From Candidatus Omnitrophota bacterium (GTDB taxonomy: Bacteria > Omnitrophota > Gorgyraeia > B26-G9), in the NCBI GenBank assembly GCA_016213925.1, contig JACQZH010000042.1, positions 1-57,816 of the forward strand: a DNA stretch of 57,816 nucleotides. The letters run 5' to 3'. A program made the position numbers and the translations under genes. Each line of letters starts with the position of its first letter. Positions within the stretch are counted from its first letter, which is position 1. This document shows, in pieces, positions 41,197 to 52,083 of the stretch. The notes beneath the pieces were generated by a model, which was given only the letters and a program-made list of their open reading frames with translations, did not search any database and was not told the origin of the DNA.

Positions 41197-43581
41197 TTAA
41201 TTCGCGGCTACTTCATACAAATACTTCTGAAACTCAATAAACGTCGTCCGGATATTATCGACGCCGCCTAAGGCTTCTTCTGCATCGCGAATGGCCTGAT
41301 ATTTCAAGGTCAGCAGATCAGGAAGCTTCTCTTGATCAAGCTCTTCAACGCCGGTCTCAATGTACTTAGACAGCACAAACTCAAGGAACTCTTTGTGCTT
41401 GTTATCCAATCCTCGGAAAATCTTTGTCTGGGCATTGGCGACACGCTCTTCTCGACTGATTGGTTTTACTGCAAAGGAGATATACTCAAGCACATCAAAT
41501 AAATCGCTATTCTCAGCGTTAATTAATTTCTGTAAACTAATTAGAACATCTACTCCGTAACCGGCATCAAAAAGCTTTTCAAGTAATATCTTGCGTGTTA
41601 CCGGACTTGACCAGATCTTTCGAAGCTCATCTTCGCTTTTGAAGAACTCGGGCAAGGCACCGAATATCCCCTTTAAAAACTCCTCCGCTGAAATCGGCTT
41701 GCCGTCTGCGCTCCAAAACGATGTCGCGATCATGTGCTGAATTTCGCGCTCTTTGCCGTCACGAAGCTTAATCTTTACCTTTTTAGGACACTCACAAGGA
41801 CTCTTGCCGCATTTAGGGCAAACAGGCGGCGGATCTTTTATACAGACGCATGGTCGTTGGCCGCAACGTGGGCAAACCCGGGGAGGATTCTTCTCACATA
41901 CGCAGGGATTCTCACCACACTTGGGGCAGACTTCAACGATTGGCTCGCCGTCCCATTCCGGATCAGCAAAGTGATGATACGCGTCCACAAAATCATAAAT
42001 GGTGAAATAATCCTTACCGTCAAATAACCGTGTGCCACGACCAATGATCTGCTTAAACTCAATCATAGAATTGATAGGCCGCATAAGGATAATATTACGG
42101 ATATTCCGGGCATCGACTCCGGTAGAGAGCTTTTGAGAGGTTGTCAGTATTGTCGGGACAGTTTTCTCGTTATCCTGAAACTCCCGCAAATATTGCTCCC
42201 CAAGCTTACCGTCATTGGCGGTGACTCGAACGCAATAATTCGGTTCCGTGCTTTTCTTATACTGATTAACCAATTCCCGCACAGCCATTGCATGATCCTG
42301 ACTGGCGCAAAAGACAAGAGCTTTTTCATTCTGATTGATTTCTGAGAGAAATATCTGCACCCGCTTGGCTTCGCGCTCTTTGATCTCTATAATTTTGTTA
42401 AAATCTGGCTCGGTATAGATTTTGCCTTCTTCTACTTCGCCCTCGATGATCTTGTCATCCGAGGTGTAAACATAATCGTCAATCGTCGTCTTAATACGCT
42501 TAACCTTGAACGGAGTCAAGAATCCATCATTAATGCCTTCTTTAAGCGAATAGACATACACCGGATCGCCAAAATAGCGGTAAGTATCCACATTGTCCCG
42601 ACGTTTAGGCGTTGCAGTTAACCCAAGCTGAACAGCTGGAGAGAAATATTCCATAATACCGCGCCAATTACTTTCGTCATTCGCCCCGCCGCGGTGACAT
42701 TCGTCTATAACGATAAAATCAAAATAATCTGCTGGATATTCACCAAAATATGGCGCGGGTTTGCCGTCTTTATCTTTCCCACTCATAAAGGTCTGGAAGA
42801 TAGTAAAGAAAATACTGCCGTTAGTCGGAACACTGCCTTTTTTGCTGATTTCTGTGGGGTTAATTCGAACGAGCGCGTCCTCGGGGAATGCTGAAAAGGC
42901 GTTGAATGCCTGATCAGCAAGAATATTTCTATCAGCAAGGAATAGAATGCGCGGCCTGCGGCTTCCGTCACGCTTCAAATTCCAGCGTGTTTGATAGAGT
43001 TTCCAAGCTATCTGAAAAGCGATAAAAGTTTTGCCTGTGCCGGTAGCCAAGGTAAGCAACATGCGCGGCTTATCTTCAGCAATGGCGGCCATTGCGTTAT
43101 TAACTGCGATTTCCTGATAATAACGTACTTCTTTTGTGCCGCCAACATCTTCAAACGGCACTTGACTGAATTTATCCCGCCATTGGTTTTGAGTGTCAAA
43201 AGTCTTATTCCACAACTCATCCGGAGATGGGAAAGCGGCAACTGGTCCTTCTTTGCCGGTCTTCATGCAGATCTGGTAAATCTCTTTGCCGTTACTGGCA
43301 TAAGTCGTATCAAGATGCATCATTCCGGCATAGTTTTTGGCTTGCGCAATGCCTTCGCCGACTTCGAGCTCATTGCTTTTGGCTTCAATAATAGCAAGCT
43401 TACGGCCACGATATACCAGCACATAATCCGCGATTAGCGGTTTGGCGCGTCCTCCGCCGGTCTGTATTTTCCCGGCAGTGATTTTATATTCCCGCAAGAC
43501 TTTTGTGCTATCGACCACGCCCCAGCCGCTGGCTTTGAGCTTCGGGTCAATATATTCCGCTCTGGTTTCGGCTTCGTTCAT
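41197..43581 (-). CDS. hsdR: type I restriction subunit R (EcoAI/EcoEI-like)
   Basis: NEAETR..IDP, ADY...IEAK, RYYQ, ATGTGKT, DECHRG, TATP, QIIGRGTR, EcoEI-like C-terminus; ATGA overlap with hsdS. Confidence 0.95.
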   Translation of the reverse strand: MNEAETRAEYIDPKLKASGWGVVDSTKVLREYKITAGKIQTGGGRAKPLIADYVLVYRGRKLAIIEAKSNELEVGEGIAQAKNYAGMMHLDTTYASNGKEIYQICMKTGKEGPVAAFPSPDELWNKTFDTQNQWRDKFSQVPFEDVGGTKEVRYYQEIAVNNAMAAIAEDKPRMLLTLATGTGKTFIAFQIAWKLYQTRWNLKRDGSRRPRILFLADRNILADQAFNAFSAFPEDALVRINPTEISKKGSVPTNGSIFFTIFQTFMSGKDKDGKPAPYFGEYPADYFDFIVIDECHRGGANDESNWRGIMEYFSPAVQLGLTATPKRRDNVDTYRYFGDPVYVYSLKEGINDGFLTPFKVKRIKTTIDDYVYTSDDKIIEGEVEEGKIYTEPDFNKIIEIKEREAKRVQIFLSEINQNEKALVFCASQDHAMAVRELVNQYKKSTEPNYCVRVTANDGKLGEQYLREFQDNEKTVPTILTTSQKLSTGVDARNIRNIILMRPINSMIEFKQIIGRGTRLFDGKDYFTIYDFVDAYHHFADPEWDGEPIVEVCPKCGENPCVCEKNPPRVCPRCGQRPCVCIKDPPPVCPKCGKSPCECPKKVKIKLRDGKEREIQHMIATSFWSADGKPISAEEFLKGIFGALPEFFKSEDELRKIWSSPVTRKILLEKLFDAGYGVDVLISLQKLINAENSDLFDVLEYISFAVKPISREERVANAQTKIFRGLDNKHKEFLEFVLSKYIETGVEELDQEKLPDLLTLKYQAIRDAEEALGGVDNIRTTFIEFQKYLYEVAAN

Positions 43582-44558
43582 GAGCATACTCCTGCGAGTT
43601 CACCATTAAATACTTTTTGTAGTATCGATTTTTTTAATTCTTCCAGATCCCTCAACTTCTGATGATAAATAACCTCGAGTCTTTTTGTTTCGACAGATAG
43701 AGCATCGAGCTTGGCGACAATGCATTTTTGTTCAGTGAGAGATGGGAAAAAACTGGAGTAGGAAAATAAATGTTCCCGATTAACCTTTGGCATACCCGCT
43801 CTAGCAGAACCTTTTATTGCAAAATCAGTAAACTCTTTTGTTAGGAGTAAGAAGTACAAAAAGTCTCTGTCTAGTATTGAAGCTATGGGTTTTAAGGGAT
43901 ATATATCTGCACTACATAAACCTGAAAAGTCTGGTCGCGCTACTTTCACTAAATATGGACGTATTTTGCTATAAAGGATCATTAAATTATTGAAAGTAAA
44001 TTTTCCAGAAATCAATTCTTCTTCTCTTGATGTTTTCAAATCAATCAAGCGCCCTGTCATGCTCTCAATGTTTGCTCCACCAACATGATATTGATCAACA
44101 TATAATTCTTCTCGTGGATCAATTAACTTTGAAGAGATTTCACACACTTCACCCAGTTTTTTTTCCTCCCATCCATCGCCCGGATTGGCAAAGACGCTCT
44201 GCAAATATGACTCGAAAAGCTCATGGGCGTTTTGCAAATGTTTTGATACTGTCTGCTTAAGATAGCCATCCAAGATGAGAAATAAAAACCGTGGTGAAAT
44301 ATTTTTAAAATTTAATAACACATAGGTTCTTTGATATGCCTCAAATTTCCCTTTGTAGTAACTAACCGCTCCCACATCTCCATTGCCAGCAATCAAAAGC
44401 GCTTCTGTATCAAATGAAAATTCGTCGCTATAGGTATGTTCTCTAGCGCATGTAAAAAATGGGAATTCTCCGTTTGGGTTTCCTTGATTGACATCCTTCT
44501 TGCCAGTTTTAATCTCACATACTTCCCCCAGTTTTTTCACTTCCCAGTTTTTCTTCAT
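43578..44558 (-). pseudogene. hsdS: type I specificity subunit with an apparent in-frame central deletion
   Basis: Two W..KKLGEVCEI repeats, but only the second TRD is followed by P.L.EQ..IV..LD. The first is fused directly to HLQNAHELFES near 44240; total length only 326 aa. Confidence 0.7.
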
Positions 44559-46009
44559 ACCAACCCTCGAATCGTCTTCATTATTTCCGCGCTCTCCTCA
44601 TCCAGCTTTTTCATTGAAGCCAAAATCTCTTTTGGCTCACGCAATACTGTTTCATCCTTTTTATGTGGATTCTTAACCGAGAGATCAAACGTGGTTTTAT
44701 CCACATCGGCCACACTCACAGTCCAAGAATTTTCCGAATCGGCTTTAGTCTTGTGTAGCTTTATAAAATCTGCCAGATCATTTTCATTAAGAGGGTTAGT
44801 CTTGCCAAGGTTTCGGTCAAGATTAAGCTGATAAAACCAAACCTTACGTGTCGGCACGCCTTTTTCAAAAAAAAGCACGACGGTCTTAACGCCAGCGCCA
44901 GTGAACGTGCCGCCGGGTAAATCAAGCACTGTATGAAGATTGCAACTCTCCAGCAAGAGCTTACGCAGGCTTGTCGAGGCGTTATCAGTGTTAGAAAGAA
45001 AAGTATTTTTGATTACCACACCAGCTCGACCGCCAGCTTTCAAGATTTTAATAAAATGCTGTAGGAATAAAATCGCGGTTTCACATGTCTTTATGGGAAA
45101 ATTCTGTTGCACCTACTCGCGTTCCTTACCGCCAAAGGGTGGATTGGCAAGGACGATTGTATAGCGGTCTTTTTCCTGAATATCCGCAAGGTTTTCAACC
45201 AGCGTATTTGTATGGACGATATTTGGCGCCTCAATGCCATGCAAAATCATGTTCATCGTGCCGATAATGTAGGCGAGTGATTTCTTTTCTTTGCCGTAAA
45301 AAGTATTTTTCTGGAGCGTTTGGGCATCTTTGGTTGTCAGGTTCTTTTTCGTCTTGAGATATTCGAAGGCTTCGCACAAGAAACCTGCGGATCCAACCGC
45401 GCCATCATAGATTTTATTGCCGATTTCAGGCGCGACCACCTTCACGATGGTTTTAATTAGCGGCCGGGGCGTGTAATACTCGCCGCCGTTTCTGCCCGCG
45501 TTTCCCATATTCTTAATCTTGTCCTCATACAAATGGGACATTTCATGCTTCTCGGCACTAGAACGGAAACGAAGCTCGTCAATTAAATTGATGACTTCGC
45601 GCAGGTTGTAGCCGCTTTGAATCTTGTTCTTAAGTTCGTTAAAGATTTCGCCAATTTTATATTCAATGGTGTCGGCACTCTCGGCATTGGTTTTAAACTT
45701 TTTTAGGTAGGGAAATAACTTGTGGTCGACAAAATCTTTCAAGTCATCGCCACCGAGGGCCTTGTGGTGGTCAAGTTTGCCGTCCTTACCCTTGGGAACA
45801 GCCCAGACTTCCCAGCGATATTCCGGGCTGATAATTCCCGTGTAGGTTTTGCCTCTTAACTCTGCCGCCGATTTCTTCTCCTGCTCCAGATCATCCAAAT
45901 ATTTCAGAAAAAGAATCCAAGAGGTCTGCTCCACATAATCCAGTTCACTACTGCAACCGGCATCTTTATGCAGGATATCGTCAATATTCTTAAAGGTTTG
46001 CTCAAACAT
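44555..46009 (-). pseudogene. hsdM: type I methyltransferase subunit M, interrupted by one in-frame TAG
   Basis: GEYYTPR, YDGAVGSAGF, NPPF; the sequence GGKERE-TAG(45115-45113)-VQQNFPI continues in the same frame. Confidence 0.9.
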
Positions 46010-46078
46010 TAGCCGTCCTTCTCTGTTTTATATGCTTCCCAGTGACCACTACGTCCTCTTGATGGCACCGCCTAAACG

Positions 46079-47292
46079 TTATTTCCCAATTATTTCCCCA
46101 TGCCCACCTTTATCTGGGCCGGTACGACGAATTTGCCCCTTATTTTGCATTTTACTTAGATGATATTTTATGCCTTCTTCGGTCAGGCCGATAACCACTG
46201 ATAATTCCTTCCGGGTAATTTGCGGGTTTTTCCTTATTTCTTCGATAATTTTCTGGGTAGTTTTCTGGGTAGTTTTCTGGGTAGTATCCTGAGCCTTTTT
46301 AGGAGCACTCTCGGCCTCTGGCCGATAGAATGTCACAACAAATCCTGTCTTGATATTCTCAAATGTCACCCGCACGCCCGCGGCTTTACATTCATCAACA
46401 ATGCGCTTAAAACCAGAACCCCAGCGTTCAATGTCTTTTGCGTAATAAAAAGTGTCCGCAATCAACGGGTTGCGCGGGATGCTTTTCTCTCTGCCTTTAA
46501 TAAATTCCTCCGGCGAGTGGTCATAGGGAAACTGTCCGGGATTGTATATCTCAATTCTATTGCGATAAATTGCCAGCTCATTACCGGAAGGATTGTTGAA
46601 ATCGCGATGGCAGAGGGAATTGATAATGGCTTCCTTCATGGCGCGAATGGGAACCTCCGGAATTTCGACCCTCGTGCTACCGGAAAGATCAGCGCGCCAG
46701 TTGATGTGCTCTTTGACATAAGTTTCACATTGAATAATTATGTCAAAAAGAGTTCCCTTGAAAGATTGGATATCCAAAAACGTCGTCTTTTCATCCGTGG
46801 CAAAGACAGCCGCACGCACCTCAATGCGATTGTCTTTACAAAAGAGCGCTCGGCCCGCGTTAAGCAGTTTTTTACCACTGAGAAGGTGAAGTAATTCAGA
46901 CATCTCCGATCCCCATGCATAAATGTAGTTATTTTTCTTTTCTACTAAACGCCTCAGCTCATTAACCGAGAGTTTCTTGTCTTCCTCCCCAGAGCCGAAT
47001 ACACGCCATCCTGCCCGCTAACTTTAACAATAATGCAATCCTTGCCCTGTATCTTCTTGATCTGAATGTCTGGATGTACCTTGGGCTCAATCCAATCGCT
47101 GATAGCTTTTGAAATATCATGCGGGGTCGATTTACCGATCTGCTGTCCTAAAACGTTTCCATCGTCTTTAATCCCAAAATAGACCGTACCTTTACTGTGT
47201 TTATTCAGCATAGCCCCCAAGGAGATAATCGCCTCTTTGAGTTCCGATGTTGATTTCTTAAGTTCTACAATTTCGCTTTCTGTGAATTTCAT
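46079..47292 (-). pseudogene. AlbA_2/Schlafen - HATPase_c_4 - HTH ('RecG-like') regulator, split
   Basis: N-part ESE.VELK, A..N..G..YFGI.DDG; C-part EAIINSL.HRD, NPG, PRNPLIA, IERWGSG and HTH; frameshift near 46990. Confidence 0.8.
46249..46284. repeat. 12-bp tandem repeat x3 (TTTTCTGGGTAG), encoding TTQK
   Basis: Seen directly; forms the linker before the HTH. Confidence 0.85.
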
Positions 47293-47330
47293 ATGTCATC
47301 CTTTTTTGCCCTTCTTTGTGCTCAATCTTA

Positions 47331-47359
47331 TTTACAAAAAGGGTATAAAACATTATAAT
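47331..47359 (+). promoter_or_regulatory. sigma70 promoter for the rightward backbone gene
   Basis: TTTACA-17 bp-TATAAT. Confidence 0.6.
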
Positions 47360-47411
47360 ATAAAAGATTAGGCATTGCTATCAAAATTTGCTGGATACAA
47401 AACGTAAATCC

Positions 47412-48506
47412 ATGAAAAATACACCGGAAAAAGATAATTTCACATATATCCATGACGACTATGAGGACTGCAATTTTTGCGCCCAGAAATACAAGGGCTA
47501 CAGCGTCTTCAAGTATTCGGGTGGCAGAAGCATTGATATAGAGTTCTGCCCCAAGAAAATGGACGCATTAGGCATCGTTGTGGACGCGGCATATTCGATG
47601 ACATATTACGAAGTCAAGCATCCGAAACTGTTCAAAAATCAAGGCATACCTGATGACATTCCATCATACGCTGATTATTTAAAATATGAGAATTTTATGC
47701 ATGACAAAGATAAAAAAGGATGCCTTGCGCTTATAAATAAAAAGGTTGCCGCTAAAAAGAACGGAGTTTTTCAGATCAAAACGATTCCTCTTAATAAAGA
47801 ATATCTGGATAATTGCATTGCTAATAAACAGGAAATGATTTTCTTAGGGCTACATGTACAATTAAGCAAAATCAGCGTCGCCAAGATAAACAAAGATGCT
47901 CCGCATGGAAGCGGCATTGACGAATACAAGGACATTAAGGACATTGATGAGCAAACAAAAAAGATCATCATGGGCCTAAGGCCGGAACGGCTTTATCACA
48001 TTCTCACTGCTTATCATACGCAAGAAACATTTGATGAGGGCGATGTCGAGAATTTTCTTACGGGATCAAAGGACTTCATTGAAGAAATAGATGAGGTCAT
48101 TCATTTCAAAGATTCTGATTTCAAGACGCTACTGGATAAAATGGCGCGTCTTTGCTTTTTGTGGAGAGACAAGCAGGACGTCTCGTCAGAATTTATAAAA
48201 GAGGCGAACGACTTCATTCTCCTCAGACGCAAAACGGAATATAACCCGATAGTCGAATTTATCGGGGTTTTCTTTGATGATTTAATCAGCGACGTCATCG
48301 CAAATAACCGGCTTATCGAGTGCAAGCATTGCCATTTATTGGCGGCTTATTTTCGCAATAAGAAGTTTTGTAGCAAGGCAACCGATGGCCGCAATTGCTT
48401 CGGAAGGCATCACAGCAAACAAGATTACCTGCGTCACAAAGGGAAAAGACTACCCGTAAAGCGGGCATGGATCAAAAAAGCTCGGCGAGAAATCCCCGGA
48501 TATTAG
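47412..48506 (+). CDS. hypothetical protein with a C-terminal CGNR-like zinc finger
   Basis: CKHC...KKFCS...C followed by a basic tail. Start at ATG 47412 preferred over TTG 47388. Confidence 0.6.
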   Translation: MKNTPEKDNFTYIHDDYEDCNFCAQKYKGYSVFKYSGGRSIDIEFCPKKMDALGIVVDAAYSMTYYEVKHPKLFKNQGIPDDIPSYADYLKYENFMHDKDKKGCLALINKKVAAKKNGVFQIKTIPLNKEYLDNCIANKQEMIFLGLHVQLSKISVAKINKDAPHGSGIDEYKDIKDIDEQTKKIIMGLRPERLYHILTAYHTQETFDEGDVENFLTGSKDFIEEIDEVIHFKDSDFKTLLDKMARLCFLWRDKQDVSSEFIKEANDFILLRRKTEYNPIVEFIGVFFDDLISDVIANNRLIECKHCHLLAAYFRNKKFCSKATDGRNCFGRHHSKQDYLRHKGKRLPVKRAWIKKARREIPGY

Positions 48507-48651
48507 CTCAACCATACAGAAACACCCCCTCTTTAAGATTTTTCTTTATATAAAGAAAATCGCAAAAATCCCGTCGTTTATCAATCTACAACATTTCTAA
48601 AACTACGCTAAACTTTACTCTGTAAGCAGGATTTACAGAGTTTTTTATTTT

Positions 48652-48858
48652 ATGGCAATGTTTGCCAAGCAGTTTAGCGGATCGAAAATGTTATCCAAAC
48701 AGGCAATCGAAGAATTTCAGGAAATCTACTTAAAGACCTACGGCAGAGAGCTGTCGTTTGATGATGCCGCGGAGCAGGCGCATCAGCTCATCCGCTTTTT
48801 AAAGTTCGCTTTAGGGTATCCGTTAGACTACCAGACAAAGGACGTGAATGATGAATGA
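48652..48858 (+). CDS. small hypothetical protein upstream of the primase (start may be 48688)
   Basis: LS..AIEEFQ.IY...YG..LS..DA helical pattern; overlaps the primase start. Confidence 0.6.
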   Translation: MAMFAKQFSGSKMLSKQAIEEFQEIYLKTYGRELSFDDAAEQAHQLIRFLKFALGYPLDYQTKDVNDE

Positions 48859-50896
48859 CCAGCGTATCAGCAAGATCTACGATTACAAGGACGCGGCCGG
48901 AGGCCTTGTTTTTCAGGTCGTCCGGTTTGAGCCAAAGGGCTTTTCACAAAGGCGGCCGTTCAATGACGGCTTTGCTTGGGGATTAACCGAGGGTTGGTAT
49001 CAAAAGAACGGTCAGGCGAATAATTATTACAGGATCAAAGACGAGCCCGCGAACAAGTCAACGCCGCCCCTCTCTGATGCGGTCTGGTTTGATGCTGTGG
49101 ATCCGGTTCTTTATCGCTTGCAGGAGGTGATGCGAGGCATTCAGGATTGTGAGACGATCTTTATTTGTGAAGGCGAGAAGGACGCGGACAATCTCGCCGG
49201 GTTAGGCTTTATCGCGACATCTTGCCCTACCGAGGCATTGCATGGATGCTGTGAGGCCGTGGTCATAGCCGACAAGGATGAGCCGGGACGAATACACGCC
49301 CATACAATAGCAGGCAGTCTTTGCGCGACGGGCATTCTGGTTAAGCTCATCGAACTGCCCGATATTGATGGCACACCGGTCAAAGATGTTTCGGATTGGT
49401 TAACCGCTGGCGGAACGCACGCGGCTTTTCTTGATCTCTTAAAGCAATGCCCGCACTGGACACCTTCACAAATAGATACCAATGCTTCTATCGCTCCGGA
49501 CTTACAAAACCTCATCAGTCAATACGGCGATCCATATTATCTGAGCAAGGACGGCGCTGTTACAGCTCTAAATCAAGCATTTTGGGCAAGCCTGCATCAA
49601 GCAGAACACATTCAACTCTTTGAGCCTGATGAACGGGAATTTTATCGCTACAATCCGGAAAGCGGACTCTATAGCGTTATTTCAGAAGACACAATCAAGC
49701 AGGAAATAGCCGCACGCATTCTTGATGTATCGCGAGAGCAAGGCTTGCCGTCACTTGAACGTAAACGAACCAACAGCAGTCAGAATCATATCGTGGCCCA
49801 GCTTAAAGGCATCAGCGAAAAAAAGAACGCCTTTCGTCGCGACAATACGATCGTTCATCTGGCCAATGGAGTGATCGTGTTTAAGAATAACGGCGAGGCG
49901 GACTTTTGCTCCTTCTCTCCTGATTACTGTTCACGCAACCAGTGTCCAATCCCTTTTGACGCCTCGGCGAAATGCGACCGGTTCTTTGATGAACTTCTTA
50001 TTCCGTCCGTTTCCGCTGATGACGCGCTTCTCTTGCAGAAATACACCGGTCTTTGTCTTTTGGGCAATAACCTCATCCAGAAACTGCTCATCCTTGACGG
50101 CAAGCCCGGGCGCGGCAAATCAACCTTGGCCTTGATCATTCAGAAGCTGGTTGGGCAGATCAATGTCACGGAACTACGCACTCGGCACCTTAGCGAGCGT
50201 TTCGAACTGTTCCGTTATCTTAAAAAGAATCTTCTTGTGGGCGTGGACGTGCCGGGCCAGTTTCTTTCAGAAAAAGGCGCTTATGTTATCAAAGGATTGG
50301 TTGGCGGAGATTGGTTTGATGCAGAGCAGAAATGCGGCACAGGAAGTTTTCCGTTTCAGGGCAATTTCTGTATCCTGATCACTTCCAATTCGCGTTTGCA
50401 GGTGCGCCTTGACGGTGATACCGGCGCATGGAAAAGACGGCTACTGATCATTCGATTCGAAGCACCTGCGCCTGCAAAAAAGATTCCGCACTTTGATGAC
50501 TTACTGATTCAGGAAGAAGGCAGTGGCATTCTTAACTGGGCATTGCAGGGATTGGGCCTGCTTCTTAAGGACATTCAGACCGGCGGCGACATTAAATTGT
50601 CAAAGGCACAGGATAAAATCGTTGAGGGCTTGCTTGCTGAAAGCGACAGCTTACGGCACTTCCTTATAGAGAATGTTGTTCAGGATGAGGAAGCGGACCT
50701 TTCAACTACGGAGATCGTGGAGGCTTATGCCGAGTATTGCCCTTTAAAGGGATGGAACCCCAAGCCTATTACCGTGATTCACCGTGAGCTCGAAAGTTTA
50801 ATGCTGGAATTGTTTGGGACGTCAAAATCACACTCGATAAAGCGGGACGACAAAAGCACCAAGGGTTTTCGCCGGGTTGCGTTTAAGGACAAGTGA
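48848..50896 (+). CDS. phage/plasmid primase-helicase (Toprim + D5/P4-type SF3 ATPase)
   Basis: EGEKD and D.D Toprim motifs, KDVSDW, LANG, GKPGRGKST Walker A, ITSN, WKRRL. Confidence 0.9.
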   Translation: MMNDQRISKIYDYKDAAGGLVFQVVRFEPKGFSQRRPFNDGFAWGLTEGWYQKNGQANNYYRIKDEPANKSTPPLSDAVWFDAVDPVLYRLQEVMRGIQDCETIFICEGEKDADNLAGLGFIATSCPTEALHGCCEAVVIADKDEPGRIHAHTIAGSLCATGILVKLIELPDIDGTPVKDVSDWLTAGGTHAAFLDLLKQCPHWTPSQIDTNASIAPDLQNLISQYGDPYYLSKDGAVTALNQAFWASLHQAEHIQLFEPDEREFYRYNPESGLYSVISEDTIKQEIAARILDVSREQGLPSLERKRTNSSQNHIVAQLKGISEKKNAFRRDNTIVHLANGVIVFKNNGEADFCSFSPDYCSRNQCPIPFDASAKCDRFFDELLIPSVSADDALLLQKYTGLCLLGNNLIQKLLILDGKPGRGKSTLALIIQKLVGQINVTELRTRHLSERFELFRYLKKNLLVGVDVPGQFLSEKGAYVIKGLVGGDWFDAEQKCGTGSFPFQGNFCILITSNSRLQVRLDGDTGAWKRRLLIIRFEAPAPAKKIPHFDDLLIQEEGSGILNWALQGLGLLLKDIQTGGDIKLSKAQDKIVEGLLAESDSLRHFLIENVVQDEEADLSTTEIVEAYAEYCPLKGWNPKPITVIHRELESLMLELFGTSKSHSIKRDDKSTKGFRRVAFKDK

Positions 50897-50897
50897 T

Positions 50898-51347
50898 ATG
50901 GGCTTAGATCTGTCCAGGTTAGAGAAAGTAAAGCGCCGGGGTTCAAACACAATAGCGCGCTGTCCGGCTTGCGCTGAATCAGGGAGTGACCGCAAGGGTG
51001 AGCATTTATTGATTAACGCTGCTGGTCAATTTGGCTGTGTCTTGTTCCCCGGGCAGAATGGCCAACAGCACCGCCAGCGCATATTTGAGTTGGCAGGGGT
51101 CAAAGAAACGACAAGCAAAGGCTTTGAAGTCAGGAAACCCCTCTCTCCTCCAGCAGGTGCTTCGGTTATTCAGAAGGATATTCTGGGACATTTGGGACGC
51201 ATCCCATCAACTCACGCCCGAAAGAGTTTTGAAAATCATCTAAGTGAAAAAGAGTATAAAGCGCAAGAAGAACCGACTGATAGTGTCCCAAGCGTCCCAG
51301 AGAGTGAGAATGACTGTTTAGACGAGTTGGGGCCAAGACCATTTTGA
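50898..51347 (+). CDS. small zinc-ribbon protein (primase zinc-finger-like)
   Basis: ARCPAC...D...H...FGC in the N-terminal half. Confidence 0.6.
   Translation: MGLDLSRLEKVKRRGSNTIARCPACAESGSDRKGEHLLINAAGQFGCVLFPGQNGQQHRQRIFELAGVKETTSKGFEVRKPLSPPAGASVIQKDILGHLGRIPSTHARKSFENHLSEKEYKAQEEPTDSVPSVPESENDCLDELGPRPF
51183..51300. repeat. inverted TGGGAC iteron pairs (candidate replication origin)
   Basis: CTGGGACATTTGGGACGC (51183-51200) versus the reverse complement of 51283-51300, CTGGGACGCTTGGGACAC; 15/18 match around an A-rich spacer. Confidence 0.55.
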
Positions 51348-51361
51348 AAGGAGATTTATTC

Positions 51362-52030
51362 ATGTCCACAAAGAAACAGATCGAGGCAAACAAACAGAAC
51401 GCGCTTGTGTCAACCGGGCCGGTGACGGCTGAGGGCAAGGCTCTTGTGTCACAGAACGCTGTTAAGCACGGCATCTTCGCCCGGGATTTGATTATCACAT
51501 CGGGCGATGGTAAGGAAGATAAGCAGGAGTATAACGAGCTTTTAGACGGCCTTATCGTAAGCCTTGCCCCTTCCGGACAGATAGAGTGCCTATTGGTTGA
51601 AAAGATAGCCGCTGATTACTGGCGCCTGCGCCGAGTATTGCGTTTTGAAACCGGCAGTATTCGTAAGCAACTCGATACGGCAATCGATGATTACTATAAT
51701 AAAATGGACTACTTTGGCAACAAAGAGCACAAAACCAATAAGGAAATTAACAAGGAAATGGCCTCTTGTAGGACAAACAATGACAAGCCCCGGATTGCCG
51801 AGCTGAAACAGGCCAAGCGTAAAAACAAGTACGCCGAGGAAGTTACAGTCAAAATAAGCAGTTTGCCTGCCGCGGAGGATTGGGACAAGGTCATCAAGTA
51901 TGAGAAGGCAGTCCAGCGGTCAATATTACAGAACCTTGCCCTATTGAAACGCCTGCAATCTATGCGATTAACAAAAAGAATTCTTTTTTATGAAACGCTC
52001 GGCGCCCGATATAGGCGACAAACTACTTGA
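51362..52030 (+). CDS. hypothetical protein with an 'AN..NA..STGP.T.EGK..S.NA.KHG' N-terminus
   Basis: AAGGAG RBS; N-terminal motif and W.L.R..R.E; function unknown. Confidence 0.7.
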   Translation: MSTKKQIEANKQNALVSTGPVTAEGKALVSQNAVKHGIFARDLIITSGDGKEDKQEYNELLDGLIVSLAPSGQIECLLVEKIAADYWRLRRVLRFETGSIRKQLDTAIDDYYNKMDYFGNKEHKTNKEINKEMASCRTNNDKPRIAELKQAKRKNKYAEEVTVKISSLPAAEDWDKVIKYEKAVQRSILQNLALLKRLQSMRLTKRILFYETLGARYRRQTT

Positions 52031-52083
52031 ACCAATCGGGAACACAAGTTATAATGTTTTATAACCTTAAAGGAGAGAAACCT

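Noticed and set aside
45113-45115. Stop-codon recoding (TAG read-through or pyrrolysine)
   Set aside because: TAG is the normal terminal stop of dnaJ, malQ and others, and no pyl genes are in the window; a point mutation is simpler.
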